Positions 24,947 to 38,479 of a DNA stretch of 64,000 bases are shown here, one piece after another. The notes under the pieces were generated by a model that ran no database searches, was not told where the DNA came from, and saw nothing but the letters and a program-made list of their open reading frames with translations. Within the stretch, counting starts at the first letter, position 1. Each line of letters begins with the position of its first letter. The translations under genes were made by a program, and so were the position numbers. The DNA comes from Octopus sinensis (Eukaryota): assembly GCF_006345805.1 (NCBI RefSeq), contig NC_043006.1, positions 65,348,001-65,412,000 of the forward strand, given 5' to 3'.

Positions 24947-25809
24947 TGTGTGTGTGTGTGTGTACGTGCATGTAAATTGGTGTGAGTGTAATAAAAAAGA
25001 ATGTGGTAGTTAAACATAAAGTTATGTCCCCTTATACTAAAAGAGGACTTAGCCAATCTTAAAGACAGTTAATAAAATAAGTACATCTAGTCTTGTTTAA
25101 CATGGATGATGGGGTCCAAAAAGACATAGGGATAAATGAATCAGTGATAAATGAATCATCTTCTCATACTTTATAAATGGCATTGGGTCAGTGATTTAAA
25201 ACTGGACCACTTGGCAGCCACTCAGATATCCTTTTCTACTCTTGGCACAAGGCTTGAAATTTTTGGTGAGTGGGGGGCAGTCAATTAGATTGATCCCAGT
25301 ATGCAACTGCTACTTAACTTATCGACACCGAAAGGATGAAAGGCAAAGTCGACCTAGGTGGAATTTGAACTCAGAACATAAAGACAGATGAAATACCTAT
25401 TTCTTTACTACCCATATGGGGCTAAACACAGAGAGGACAAACAAGGACAGACAAACGGATTAAGTCGATCATATCGACCCCAGTGCGTAACTGGTACTTA
25501 TTTAATCGACCCCGACTGGATGAAAGGCAAAGTCGACCTCAGTGGAATTTGAACTCAGAATGTAGCGGCAGACGAAATACCGCAAAGCATCTCGCCCGGC
25601 ATGCTAACAATTCTGCCAGCTCACCGCCTTTCAGCCTGTCAGATATCACAGCCAAGCCATAGCAGTTTCATGTGGTTAGTCAATTAAGTAACTAATCAAT
25701 GTCAAGCTATCATGTGATTCAATCTTCTAGAATCTTTTCCTTGTGCCCTATAGAAAACCCACTTTACAGAGCATTAAGACCAGCTGACTCATTCATATGT
25801 CTTACCTTT

Positions 25810-26200
25810 TGCCAGGCAGAATGTTGAGGAATCTGTGCAATGTGTCTCCATTCTTCCCACAAATATGACATAATTATTTTCCAGTTACACTGAGCAAACC
25901 ACATACTGCTGTATCAGTAAGCTTGTTGTAAACTCTAAGCAGTATGTCTCTCCTAGTATGCTACCATTGCTGTTTACTATTTGTAAAAGACCAACACAGT
26001 TTGTCCTTTGTGAGCAATAAATAACATCTTTTGCTAGTTGTTTGCAGGTGTTGTCAGTTACTTCTTCATGTAGTCCAAGAAACACATTTTCATTCATCAA
26101 TGCAATCAATATTCACCTCAGACCAGCCAATAAACTCCACTTATGACAGCTTGAATTCATGGCCCATGCCGTGACGCTTCCACCATTACACTTTCTCAAT
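25810..26200 (-). mobile_element. Possible very old RLE-type (HERO/NeSL-like) LINE remnant
   Basis: LLI(Q)AVCGLL...LCHICGKNGDTLHRFLN resembles the AVYDxLP...CxxCGxxxTLxHIL zinc knuckle. It needs frameshifts, so support is weak. Confidence 0.3.
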
Positions 26201-27091
26201 GGTCTCTACCTTTTCCTGTACAGAATACACTCACCTGCATTATTTCTTTGGCTCAGGCACTTTCATATTTTCTTCTGTTGAGAGATGGCGAGCTGGCAAA
26301 AACTAAATGCTTAGCGGTATTTCGTCTACCGTTACGTTCTGAGTTCAAATTCCGTCGAGGTCGACTTTGCCTTTCATCCTTTCAGGGTTGATAAATTAAG
26401 TACCAGTTACACACTGGAGTTGATATAATCGACTTAATCCGTTTGTATGTCCTTGCTTGTCCTCTCTGTGTTTAGACCCTTGTGAGTAGTAAAGAAATAA
26501 TTATTTCGTCTGTCTTTACATTCTGAGTTCAAATTCCGCTGAGGTTGATTTTGCTTTTCATCCTTTCAGGGTCAATAAATTATGTACCAGTTGCATTCTG
26601 GGGTCGATCTAATCGACTGGCGTCCTGCCCCCAAATTTTGGGCCTTGTGCCTAGAGTAGAAAAGATTTTCTTTTGTTTACTAATCCTATGTTGATGGATA
26701 CAAGTATGAAAATCCACCATTGTTGTGGAAGTGAGGAAAATGACCTTAAGACAAGGAAATGACAGAGGACTGATAAGAATGGTAATTTGCTGTGCTCAAG
26801 AAAACCCATTCATCTAAGTAAAAAATGAGTCTCTAAAGGCCTCTTGCTTAAGTCTATGCCCTTTCACATAATCTATCCCTGACAACTCTCTCCTTCACAG
26901 CTCATCTTTCCTATGTTCACCTTTCACTGTATTCTCCCTTCCTCTCTTCTCTGTCTTCCACTCTCCCTTCATGTTTTTGCAAACTTTCTGCCCACACTGC
27001 ACTGCTGTCAAATCATCATCATCATCATCACCATCACCATCACCACCACCACCACCACCACCACCATCACCATCATCACCACCACCATCAC

Positions 27092-27126
<35 letters not shown>

Positions 27127-27812
27127 CCATCATCATTTTTTAATGTCCGTTGTCCATGCTGGCATGGGTTGGACGGTTAGATTGGGCTGGCATGCTGGAA
27201 GTCTGCGCCAGGCTCCAGTTTGATTTGGCATGGTTTTCTACAACTGGATGCCCTTCCTAATGCCAATGACTCTGAGAGTGTAATGGGTGCTTCTATATGC
27301 CACCATCACAGGTGCCATTTGCATGACACCAGTATTTCAAATCCTCCATATTTATTTATATTCACCTCAACGCATCTTCACCATTGTTCTCTCTCTCTTT
27401 CTTCCCCCTCACTCTCTCTCTTTCACTCTCCTCTCTTTCCTAACTGTGGTAGCCACATATCTCCTCTACAGCAAGACACGTGTTTCTGTCCCTCAATCAT
27501 ACTGTAACTTCACATCACCAGACAGAAAGCCACTTCCTCAATACTGCTCCCCTTCTCAGCTGAGTGGGGTGTCTTTGTCTTGCAAGTTACTTGGTGATCT
27601 TGCCACTGCTGGTACCACATAAAAGGACCCAGTATACATTGTAATGTGGCTGGCATTAGGAAGGATATCCAGCAATAGAAATCCTGGAAAAGCAAATAGT
27701 AGAGCTTGGTACAGTCCTCTGAGTGACTTGGACCTGGAAAACTGTTCAGTTTATACCAGCATGGAGAATGGATGTTAAATGATGATGATGAATATGATAT
27801 AAATGTTTGTTA

Positions 27813-27850
<38 letters not shown>

Positions 27851-28110
27851 GATATACATACATCTTAATATAAATTTGAGTGATGCTTCTCTGTCTTTTT
27901 CGTTTATTGTTCATTAACTCCTTGTAGACCGTTGGTGCAAGGACAACGAAATTCAAACCAATAACTCCCTTGATCCCAGAGAATGTCCTAAGGGGGTCTA
28001 TTTTTTTAAGGCCCACCTAACTGGGGCCCCACTGACCCCACTATTTTTACTGCATTTTAAACTAAATACATGGCATTGGCAACCAAATTGGAGCAAGGAC
28101 AATGAATTTC

Positions 28111-29371
28111 ATAATAGCCTGGGCAAAGTTTAGAAAGCTCCTACCCTTACTGATGACAAAGGGTCTCTCACTCAGAGTGAAAGGTAGATTGTACAATGCA
28201 TGCGTGCGAACTGCCATGCTTCATGGCAGTGAAACATGGGCTGTGATTGCAGAGGGTATGCGTAGGCTTGAAAGAAATGAAGCTAGTATAATCTGCTGGA
28301 TGTGTAATGTCAGTGTGCATACATGAGAGAGTGTAAGTGCCCTGAGAGCAATGCTGGACATAAGAAGCATTGGATGTAGCATGCAAGAGAGACGTCTGCG
28401 CTGGTATGGTCATGTACTACGGATGGATGAGGAGAGATGTGTGAAGAAGTGCTACTCCCAAACAGTTGAAGGAATCCGGGGTAGAGGTAGACCCAGGAAA
28501 ACATGGGATGAGGTGGTCAAGCATGACCTTCGAACGTTGGGTCTCACACAGGCAATGACGAAAGACTGAGACCTCTGAAGATATGCTGTGACTGCGAAGA
28601 CCCGACAAATAATGTGAGTTCATGGCTGCTTTCTGCACCAGCTTCCCATAGAAGCCCCAGCCCTTCCAATGTGCCTTGGATCGCAGGACGGCCCACTGTA
28701 CTTACCTTGTATCATAGGGCAACCTGCCGTGCTTGATTGAGAAGACCCACTGAGTCAAGTACGTCACCATCAACATCAAAAATCAAATGGAAATTGTAGT
28801 TGTGATACCTGTGCCAGTGGCATGTAAAATGAATCATCCGTATGTGGCTGATGCCAGTGCCATCTTGGCTGACTTCCATGCCAGTGGCACGTAAAAGCAC
28901 CAACTTATTGTGGCTGTTGCCGGCCTCCCCTGGAACCTGTGCTGGTGGCACGTAAAAAGCACCATCCATATGCGGCCGATGCCAACGCCGCTTTGACTGG
29001 CTTCCATGCCAGTGGCATGTAAGAAGCACCAACCAATTGTGGCCATTGCCAGCCTCCCCTGGCACGTAAAAATCACCATCTGTACATGGCTGATGCCAGC
29101 ATCGCCTTGATTGGCTTCCTTGCCAGGGGCACGTAAAAAGCACCAAGTGATCATGGCCATTGCCAGCCTCCCCTGGCACCTGTGCCGGTGGCATGTAAAA
29201 AGCACCCACTACACTCATGGAGTGGTTGGCATTAGGAAGGGCATCCAGCTGTAGAAACAGTGCTAGATCAAACTGGAGCCTGGTGCAGCCTCCTGGCTTC
29301 CCAGACCCTGATCGAACCGTCCAACCCATGCTAGCATGGAAAATGGACGTTAAACGATGATGATGATGATG
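28111..29371 (+). mobile_element. 5'-truncated RTE insertion with complete 3' UTR and (GAT)n tail, bounded by a 9-bp TSD
   Basis: It contains IAWAKFRKLLPLL..RLRWYGHV..GRGRPRKTWDEVVKHDL, a UTR with about 7 GCACGTAAAAAGCACC modules and the tail ACGTTAAAC(GAT)n. ATGAATTTC occurs at 28102-28110 and 29372-29380. Confidence 0.9.
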
Positions 29372-29638
29372 ATGAATTTCCAGGAAGTATCGTAAGGAGG
29401 TTGAATTTCTGAAGGGCCACTTAAATGGGGCCCCACTGACCTCCCTATTTTTACTGCAGTTACTTCGCTCCTACACTTACTGATTAAACTATGATCAGCA
29501 TCAGTGGTTAGCACATTTGCAGAAATAAATTTCATTACACAAAGGTAGAAGTGGCCTGATAGTGGGGCCAAAGGCCTCAAAGGTGCCCTGTGCAGGAGCC
29601 ACTCTGAATACTGCCTGAATGGCAGCTTCAAGGCTAGT

Positions 29639-29667
<29 letters not shown>

Positions 29668-29669
<2 letters not shown>

Positions 29670-30110
29670 GGGTGTGTAAGGTATTTGAGGACATACTTTT
29701 TTTAGGTCATTGCTGCATTTTTTACTAACTCTGTATAATCTTTGTTTCAGACAATAATAATGGCAAACCCTCAGCTTACTCAAGAAATGAAGAGGCATGT
29801 TGTTATTGTGGTTATAAAGGCTGAGCATAGTGATTTAGAAATATCTTGATTTTTAAAAGTTGCAAGATCTTTCGTCTACAAAGTTTGTAAGGCACTAGAG
29901 ACTGAAGATGGAAACATATCACAAGTATCAAGGTATAAAAAGCATTCTAAACACTCTGAAATCATCAGAACACCTGAATTTATCCAACAAGTTCAACAGA
30001 CCATTAATTACAATCCCAGAAAGTCCATGAGGTCAATTGCAAAAGATCTCCATGTGCCAGAAAGAACAGTCAGCAATGTTGTCCATGAAGACATCAGATA
30101 TAAGCAAGAT
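29668..30110 (+). mobile_element. maT/mariner-like transposon 5' end (TIR plus N-terminal HTH)
   Basis: It begins TA-CAGGGTGT. An ATG at 29760 gives MANPQLTQEMKRHVVIV..RTPEFIQQVQ..NPRKSMRSIAKDLHVPERTVSNVVHEDIRYK. Confidence 0.75.
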
Positions 30111-30829
30111 GAAATGAAACATCTTGCTCAAAGAACCACTGCACCACTCTTGGTTTAAGAATCAAACTCACAGCCTTACAATTATGAGGACGACCCTAAT
30201 AATCAGTCAACGTTGATCCAGTCTACTAAGCTAAAAATGACTCCCAGCCAAACACAGTTGCTGGCCTCTTTCTCTCTTCAGCAGTCACATCCTCGATGTT
30301 CTGCTGGGTATTTTTAGGAGGGCCAAGAGAGTATCTGCACCTACTGAAGACATCATAGGCATCTAAAACAATCAATGAAAGCATGAACTTAACAGCAGGT
30401 CATATCTGCAAGTGCCAATTACCATCAGCCCTGGGTTCATCTTTCCTGCCACCCTTTGTTCTATGTTTTCTTTTATTTTTCTATCTCACCTCTTTCTTTT
30501 TCAAGTCAACATCATTTTCCATTAGTGTTACTTCTACATATGTCTTGTCTTTAAGCTGTCTCACAATTGTAAGGCCTTTGTTTTGTATGTATATTTTGCA
30601 TTTGTAACAATTACTTGTGTTTGTTTGTTTTCATCACTGTCCTCTGTTTGCTCATTATTCCCAGCAGATTTTTGCTGTTGGTGCCACCAAAATTAACAAT
30701 ATTATCATTAAAGGCATGAAATTGTGGACAAAAATTGATGAGCAAAGAGCATGTTCATGTCTTGTGTGTGTTTTTTCTATGTGTTCTTTTGTCATTCTTC
30801 TATGTGATTTTTGAATTTGTGTGTTTGTG

Positions 30830-31181
30830 TGTGTGTTAAGGGTAAAGACCTCCTTTGGTCATGAATGGCCACTGGACTGCACCTTGAAAGTTCCTTCCTG
30901 AGGCACAAGTCTGAGCAAGGTTGTTTATGGAAGACCAGCAGTCACCCATGCATTCCAACCTCCCTTCTCCACACCGCTGATGTTATCCATGGGAAAGGGA
31001 AAGGAGCCGATACAGCTTGGTCCCAGTGATGTCACAACTCATTTCTACAGCTGAGTGAACTGGAGCAACAAGAAATAAAGTGTCTTGCTCAAGAATACAA
31101 CACATAACCCAGTTCAGGAATGGAACCCATAAACCTCATGATTGTGAGCCGAACACTCTAACCACTGAGCCATGCACCTTC
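30830..31181 (-). mobile_element. SINE family with V/Meta-like domain; second copy at about 49610-49900 (+)
   Basis: It has a tRNA-like head followed by GTG(TC/TAT)CTTGAGCAAGACACTTTATTTC, shared between both copies. Confidence 0.75.
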
Positions 31182-31187
31182 ACATAC

Positions 31188-31218
<31 letters not shown>

Positions 31219-32371
31219 TGTATGTATGTATGTATGTATGTATGTATGTATGTATGTATGTATGTATGTATGTATGTATGTGTGTATGTATGTATGTATT
31301 TATGTAGGTATGTTTGTATGTATGTTTGTATTATCTGAAATAGAATACCTGCATATCGTTTAATTCCCCAAAATTGAATGTTTGTATGTATGTATGTATG
31401 TATGTATGTTGCATGGTCGTGTTGCTGGCGACTAAACTGGCACACCCCAACCAGGCTACTCTGGTGTGGAGGGTTGCTAGAAACCCAGCAGGATTAAAAC
31501 CAAGACTTGTTGAAAGGTCGGATTAACCTAGTGCAAGGTCAATGGCTATCTAGTAATAGCATGGGTACATAGAAATTCCGGGATAGTGTCTGGCATGCTA
31601 GAAGATCGCTAGGAGTGAGGCACCCCACAGCTTCTGTTGAAGCATGTCTCTAGGAGACGGTCACTCTGATATAAAACCAGATATGCAGGGAATGGCAGTG
31701 GACATTTTGGGTATTTATGATTTGTACTAGAGATCATGGTGCTCCCACATCCCTGAGTCTGCGATTCATATTGGCACCAGACATCTTGCTCTGGCTTGTC
31801 TCTGGATAATGTCAATAGAGTGGAGAGGTCTATGAGGTATTGTGCAAGTTTGATTGGACCTAACATTCTGCACAGGCATTGCTGACCTCTGCTCGATATG
31901 TGCTGCTTCTTTTTTTTCCTATATATTTTTATTTTCAAAAGTTAGTCCTAGAGCACACAATGTTCCTAAAGGTCAGCAATGGTCTTCCTTGGTCACGAGT
32001 GGACAACCAGCATCATGTATGTATGAACGTATGTATGAACGTATGTATGTATGTATGTATGTATGTATGTATGTATGTATGTATGTTTTTATGTATGTAC
32101 ATATGTTTGCATGCATGTATGTATATTTGCATGTATGTATATATGTATGTTTGTATGTATGTATTTTTGTATGCATGTATGTTTATATGAATGTATGTAT
32201 GTATATCATCATCATCATTTGACATCCATGTTCCACGACGGCATGGGCTGGATGGTTTAACAAGGAGCCAATTAGTCAAAGACTGCATTGTGCTCCAGTG
32301 TCTGCTTTGGAATATTTTGTACAGCTCGATGCCCTTTGTAATGCCAACTACAAAGGAGGATTGGCATGAGG

Positions 32372-32404
<33 letters not shown>

Positions 32405-32962
32405 CACACACACACACAGACAGACAGACACTAATATGTGTATGCTCCTTCCTTCGGAAGGAGCAGTGCCTGTAACCTTTGCAGACCCTTAGATTAGCTT
32501 GTTACCATTAAGGTTCTGTTTAAACTGCTACAGATTAATATCTGCAGGAAAGATATGATCTGAAAGAAGATAGCAGAGTGATTACATTCAGGAGAGAAAG
32601 GACTGGGTACAGTGGTTAAAGTAGAGCTAGGAGCAGGTTGGACACAAGAAATGTGTTGACAGGTGAAAAGACGAGAGGATCTGTGGTGCCTGCATTGTGC
32701 AGGCATGGAATCAGCCAGATCTGAGGAACAGGGGTCATTACAATAGTGGCAGGAAAGAAAGAAAGGATGGATGGGGAACAAGGGGTATTATTATAGCGAG
32801 AAAAAAAAAAGTAGATGAGGGAGACTGAGAAACAGGGGGAAATACAGAGAGATAAGACTGGAATGTGTACATCAGTGATTGAATGCTAATTAGGAGGGTA
32901 GCACTTTCCTATATGCAGCCCACGATGTCTGTGTGCATAACTGTCCCAGACGTTGGAACAGT

Positions 32963-33147
32963 TAGGGGCATAGCTAGGGTGGGGCAAGCAGGGCACATGC
33001 CCTGGGTGCCACTTTGAGCAGGGTGCAATTATGGCCAAATTCGTTTTCTAAGTAAGCCATTTCTACATGAGTTTCCACTTTTTGGCTGGGGAGGGGGTGT
33101 CATTTTGATGTTTACCTTGAGCACCATTTACCCCAGCTACACCCCTG
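32963..33147. mobile_element. hAT-like GC-rich MITE
   Basis: TIRs are TAGGGGCATAGCTAGGG and CCCCAGCTACACCCCTG. The possible TSD GGAACAGT/GAGGCAGT matches 5/8. Confidence 0.55.
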
Positions 33148-34299
33148 GAGGCAGTACTCTTTTTTAGGTCTCACTCAAGCATTTTAGAACATCAGCTATG
33201 CTAATGACGTATGTTTGCCAAGAGAGATCCTCAGTGATAACAAGGCCCAGTATTTGGAGCAGCTGTGAGGGCTACCCATGCCGGTGGCACGTAAAAAGCA
33301 CCATCTGAACGTGGCCAATGCTAGCGCTGCCATTGACTGGCTTCTGTGCCGGTGACATGTAAAAAGCACCAACCGATCATGGCCGTTGCAAGCCATCTCT
33401 GGCCCCTGTGCTGGTGGCACGTAAAAAGCACCTACTACACTCATGGAGTGGTTGGCATTAGGAAGGGCATCCAACTATAGAAATACTACCAGATCAGACT
33501 GGAGCCTGGTGCAGCCTCCTGGCTTCCCAGACCCTGGTCGAACTGTCCAACCTATGCTAGCATGGAAGACAGATGTTAAACGATGATGATGATGATGATG
33601 ATGATGACGATGTGTGTGTGTAGTGGGTTTTTTTGATATGAGTAGTGCTTGGGTTTTTTGCACTTAAAAGGTTGGCCTGACTCCACAGAAGGATGCTCTC
33701 AGTGTCTCCATTTAAGGCAAGAAGCTGGTGGAACTGTTAGCATGCCAGTAAAATGCTTAGTTGCATTTCTCCTGACTTCTTGTTCTGAGTTTAAATTCCA
33801 TTGAATTTGACTCTGCCTTTTACTCTTTTGGGGTCGATAAATTGTGGGGACAATATAGTCGACTCTCCCCCTCCCCTGCAATTGCTTGCCTTGTGCCAAA
33901 ATTTGAAACCAATTACTCCAGTTATGGAATTAATGCAGGGTCAGCATGTGGGGTCATGGTTGCATGTAGGTGATCTATGATTAAGGAAAGTTAGGGAGGA
34001 ATGAATGATATCTCATCAGTGTAAGAAAGGGTTTCGTTGGATGTGGGAGCAAGTAAAGAAATATTGAAGCATAGAAGAGGAATAGAAAGGAGGGAGAGGG
34101 GACGACAAAGCTGGAGTGTGAAGTACACAAGAGTTGATTGAGTGGGGGTGGAGCAGGCAGAAAGAACTAAGTCAACACAAGCTGTGATGCTGTGATCAGA
34201 TAGTATGTTACTGATCCAACAGATGAGAAATGGGTGGAGCTCATAGGGGAAAAGTTTTGATAGGTGATGTGCATGCCAGACACAGTAGAAGGCTTTGTT

Positions 34300-34336
34300 A
34301 CATACACGCACACATGCATATGGATGTGTATATGCA

Positions 34337-34368
<32 letters not shown>

Positions 34369-34386
34369 AATAGTGCATGCGCGTTT

Positions 34387-34433
<47 letters not shown>

Positions 34434-34906
34434 TTATCATCATCATCGTCGAAAATAGATGCCAACTGATGTTATAAACGCGTACGCACACATAGGCACA
34501 CACGCACACAAACACAAGCATAATTATACATAAAATCACCATATACTGTCAAATGTCTGAGACTCGTATCAAGCTGGTATTTTTTTCACAGACCAATTAC
34601 CAAAGCGGATCACCGCAAGAGGATTCGGCGCGCTATTTTCTTCACTCTGACGTAAGAGAAGCTGGTCAATTAGAGTAGCCTCCCTTCTGTTGACTGTTGA
34701 TCAACACTGATCGAAGTTGGGGGAATAACAAAAAATATATAAAAAAATAAAAAAATAAAATAAACAAAAAATTTTTTATAACCAAAACTGTGAAATCCTT
34801 AACTTTCCGCAGTATCAGCGAACAGATTAGGGTAAGTAATGTCTTAGCTTTGGTGGATTGTCTTTCTACACCGGTTCTTGTACACTATATTTTTTTGCAG
34901 CCGTGC

Positions 34907-34938
<32 letters not shown>

Positions 34939-35062
34939 TTATATATATATATGTATATGTTGTATCGAAAGGGCGCCACTGGACATGTACATATTTCGAG
35001 TCTCGCTGACTCTTAAAAGAATCCGGTGTTGTCTATGTCGTTTACGTATATGACTAATATAT

Positions 35063-35120
<58 letters not shown>

Positions 35121-35173
35121 TATATAATATATATATATGTATGTACACATATATATATGTATGTACATATATA

Positions 35174-35228
<55 letters not shown>

Positions 35229-35278
35229 TATATATATATATATGTATGTACACATATATATATGTATGTACATATATA

Positions 35279-35321
<43 letters not shown>

Positions 35322-35328
35322 TATACAT

Positions 35329-35359
<31 letters not shown>

Positions 35360-36057
35360 AATACACACACATTTATATATGGAAACAAAAAGACACAATA
35401 AATCACAAACGCACGCACACGAATCTAAACCCACCCAATTATACAAAAGCAAAACTTCATCTGGCAGCTGTCTTTATTTTTTTTTCTTAGCTTTTTGATT
35501 CTTCACCAAATTTTATTTCTATCTTTTATCTTTTATTTCATTGTTGTTCTTCCGATTCTGTTAGTTTTAGCTTATAGCTTCACATTTACAAATAAAATTT
35601 GCAAAATTAATTTTGCAAACATACTTTAGACACATTTCATTGAGTTATTTTTGAAAATTTACTTTTTTTATTTATTTATTTATTTATTTATTTTAAATAG
35701 AGTGACAGGAAAAGGAAACAAAAAAGTAACGAAACAACAACAACAACAACAATAATAATAATAAAGGAACGGAATTTTTTTCAATTTAGTTAGATTGCAA
35801 AAAATGTTTTTTTTAAATTTTATTTTTAAATATTATATATGATGTTATTTGTCAACGAATTTTATGTGTATGTGTGTGCATTTATGCAATATATATGCAT
35901 ATGAATGCAAAATGTGTATATTTGTGTGTGTATGTATATAAATATATATATTTATATATATAGTGTCTGTATATAAATATATATATAGTGTGTGTATATA
36001 TATATAGTGTGTATGTTTATATAGTATGTGTATGTATTTATATATATAGTGTATATT

Positions 36058-36090
<33 letters not shown>

Positions 36091-36888
36091 GTTAGTTTAT
36101 ATATATGTATATATGCATCTATGTCTGTGTGTATATATATATTAACACATTTATGTATATATAAATATGTGTGTATGCATATGTATATATCATACATTAT
36201 GTGTATATATATATATAATCTTTTTTTAACGTATAAAGTGTACGATTTTGGTTTCGTGTCGTCACTTCCGGTCCGGTTTCACCTCCTCCCCCCTTACTGA
36301 CCTCCCCCCTGCACACACCAAAACACAAAAACAAAAAAATGAAAAACTATAACAGAACAACAACAAATAAATAAACAACAACAAGACAATAAACTATAGC
36401 TGGGTTATGGGTTCCTGTTAGAACGGAGCCACGCCACATTGTGGTGCTTGCCATCCGCTTCTTTTACTCAATGATTCTAAAAGTTTCACGTATTTTCTAC
36501 CTCCTACCATAAACTTTTTCTTCCTAATCAGGTAAGTTCTTCTCTCACCTCCTTTTGCCATTTTTGTTATCCTTTCATCTTCTGTCTGTCTCAGTCTCTC
36601 TATCTGTCTGTCTGTCTGTCTCTCTCTCTTTGGGTCTCCCTCCCAAAATTATTTTTTATTTAATGTGAGTGTATGTGTTTATACATATGCATCCGTTGTG
36701 CAGTAATGATTTCGCTTTTCTTCTCTTTCTGTCAGTCCATCGTGTATTAAATGTTTCGTTTTGGAAATAGTAACGAAAGCACTAATTTTACTGTTGATGG
36801 GATAAAAAGTAAACACGAATAATATATATGTTTGTGTGCTTAGATATATACATCTACATACCTATGAATATACATACACATGTATGTA

Positions 36889-36984
<96 letters not shown>

Positions 36985-37730
36985 ATGTATGAAGATGTAT
37001 GATATCCCTGTTTTATCTAGAGATGTATAAATTTCCCTCTATTTATCTACAGTTCACTCTTCTTTCCGTCGTCCAACAATAACATTACGAACTGACCAAA
37101 GTAAACAACATCCTTGCTTTCAATTTTCGTGACTGACCATTAATAAATCTTTATTAAAAAACACACGATGATGATACAACAACAATAATGATAATAATAT
37201 TTATTACTTTTGAAACCATTATTATTATTATTATTATTATGATCATCCTCGTCATTCTCCGTGTTCAGCGATGCTTATGAAAAACATGATTACAAAAAGG
37301 AAGAGAATTTTTTTCTCTCACCATTTTCACGTTTCCATCTTCGATTTGAAATAAAGAATATATGCGTATATAATCGTACACACACACACATACACACATA
37401 CACACACACACATATACACACACTTATGTATAATGCGTATATATATATATATTAGCATACGCACAAAAATACATGAGTGCGTATGTGTGTGTGTGTGTAT
37501 GTGTGTATATATATATACATACACACACACATATACACATATATGTAAGTATATATTTAGATTATAAGTACTTATATGCATGTATATCTTTTAATTATAA
37601 ATAATGTCTGTGTATATAAGTAGAAATATATGTGTGTGCATGTATGTATTGCAATATATACCTGTGTAGCAATATCTATCTCTCTATCTGCACATACTTG
37701 TATGTGTGACTCTATATGTATGTATGATGG
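34300..37730. promoter_or_regulatory. Candidate promoter region (CpG-retaining, free of recognisable interspersed TEs); possibly bidirectional
   Basis: I saw no SINE or LINE in about 3.4 kb. CpGs are frequent at 34440-35050 and 36240-36460. There is an ETS-like CACTTCCGGT at about 36264, a CRE-like TGACGTAA at about 34648, and a CAG/GTAAGT donor at 36531/36532. Confidence 0.5.
36262..36531 (+). other. Candidate non-coding first exon
   Basis: It follows the ETS-like motif and ends at a consensus donor (CAG/GTAAGT). It contains only short uORFs. There is no expression evidence. Confidence 0.33.
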
Positions 37731-37872
37731 GTAATCATACATTTAAAGAGCCATTGAGGTAATATTCTACAGCTGGATGCCCTTCCTGTCACCAACATGA
37801 TAGTGACTGCTGCACAACTCATACTGGCATTGAGAAAGTAGACTTCAGTAATGTATGTGACACATACATATA

Positions 37873-38077
37873 CAATAATCCCCCGACTGTTACGGGTGTT
37901 ACATTCCAAACCCCATTACAGTAGGTGAAAATCTGTAAAGTAGAAGCAGTACTGTATATATTTTTTTAACATTTTTATAATTTGTATATATTTGTTTTAT
38001 TATAAATGAAAAAACAACACCACGGAGGAATTGACGTAAGCTTAAATAATAAACTGCGATATGGCGAGGGATTACTG
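37873..38077. mobile_element. pogo/Tigger-like MITE
   Basis: It runs TA-CAATAATCCCCCG ... CGAGGGATTACTG-TA. Confidence 0.7.
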
Positions 38078-38084
38078 TAACAGT

Positions 38085-38122
<38 letters not shown>

Positions 38123-38479
38123 GTTTAAGTAGTTGAATGAATTATCCTAGTATGGATAATTCGGTTCACTGATACCTGGGTAGCAAATTTACGTCAGAAA
38201 GCATGGTTGAAGCTACATGCCAAGGGCAGAAATCATGTGTTTTCGTGTAGATTATTACTATGAACACCGTGTGGGCAGTCATCTAAAAGTTTTTGTTCGT
38301 CATGATGCTGACATAAGTTCCTTGTCTTTCCTGATGAGAAGACGGCATAATGCACCCTTTATTCCTTTGGAATTAAGAATATGCAGTCTTCGAAACATGT
38401 GTCGAGAATAAAGGAATTTTGTTAAATCGTCGTTCGACTCCATTCTTTCATTTATCTATATATATATATATATTACACT

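Noticed and set aside
26235-26274. Minus-strand segment with a perfect CAG/GTGAGT donor (and AAG/GTAAGA at 25806)
   Set aside because: All frames are closed and it overlaps a probable old LINE remnant. Such signals are expected by chance in 64 kb.
28850-29220. Regularly spaced repeats superficially like a CRISPR array (also 55205-55500 and 56074-56570)
   Set aside because: The intervening sequences are homologous to each other rather than unique spacers, the context is a eukaryotic LINE 3' UTR, and there are no cas genes.
34594-34709. Minus-strand frame REATLIDQLLLRQSEENSAPNPLAVIRF with possible splice sites
   Set aside because: I do not recognise the protein, there is no start codon or linked exon, and equally plausible splice signals exist on the plus strand.
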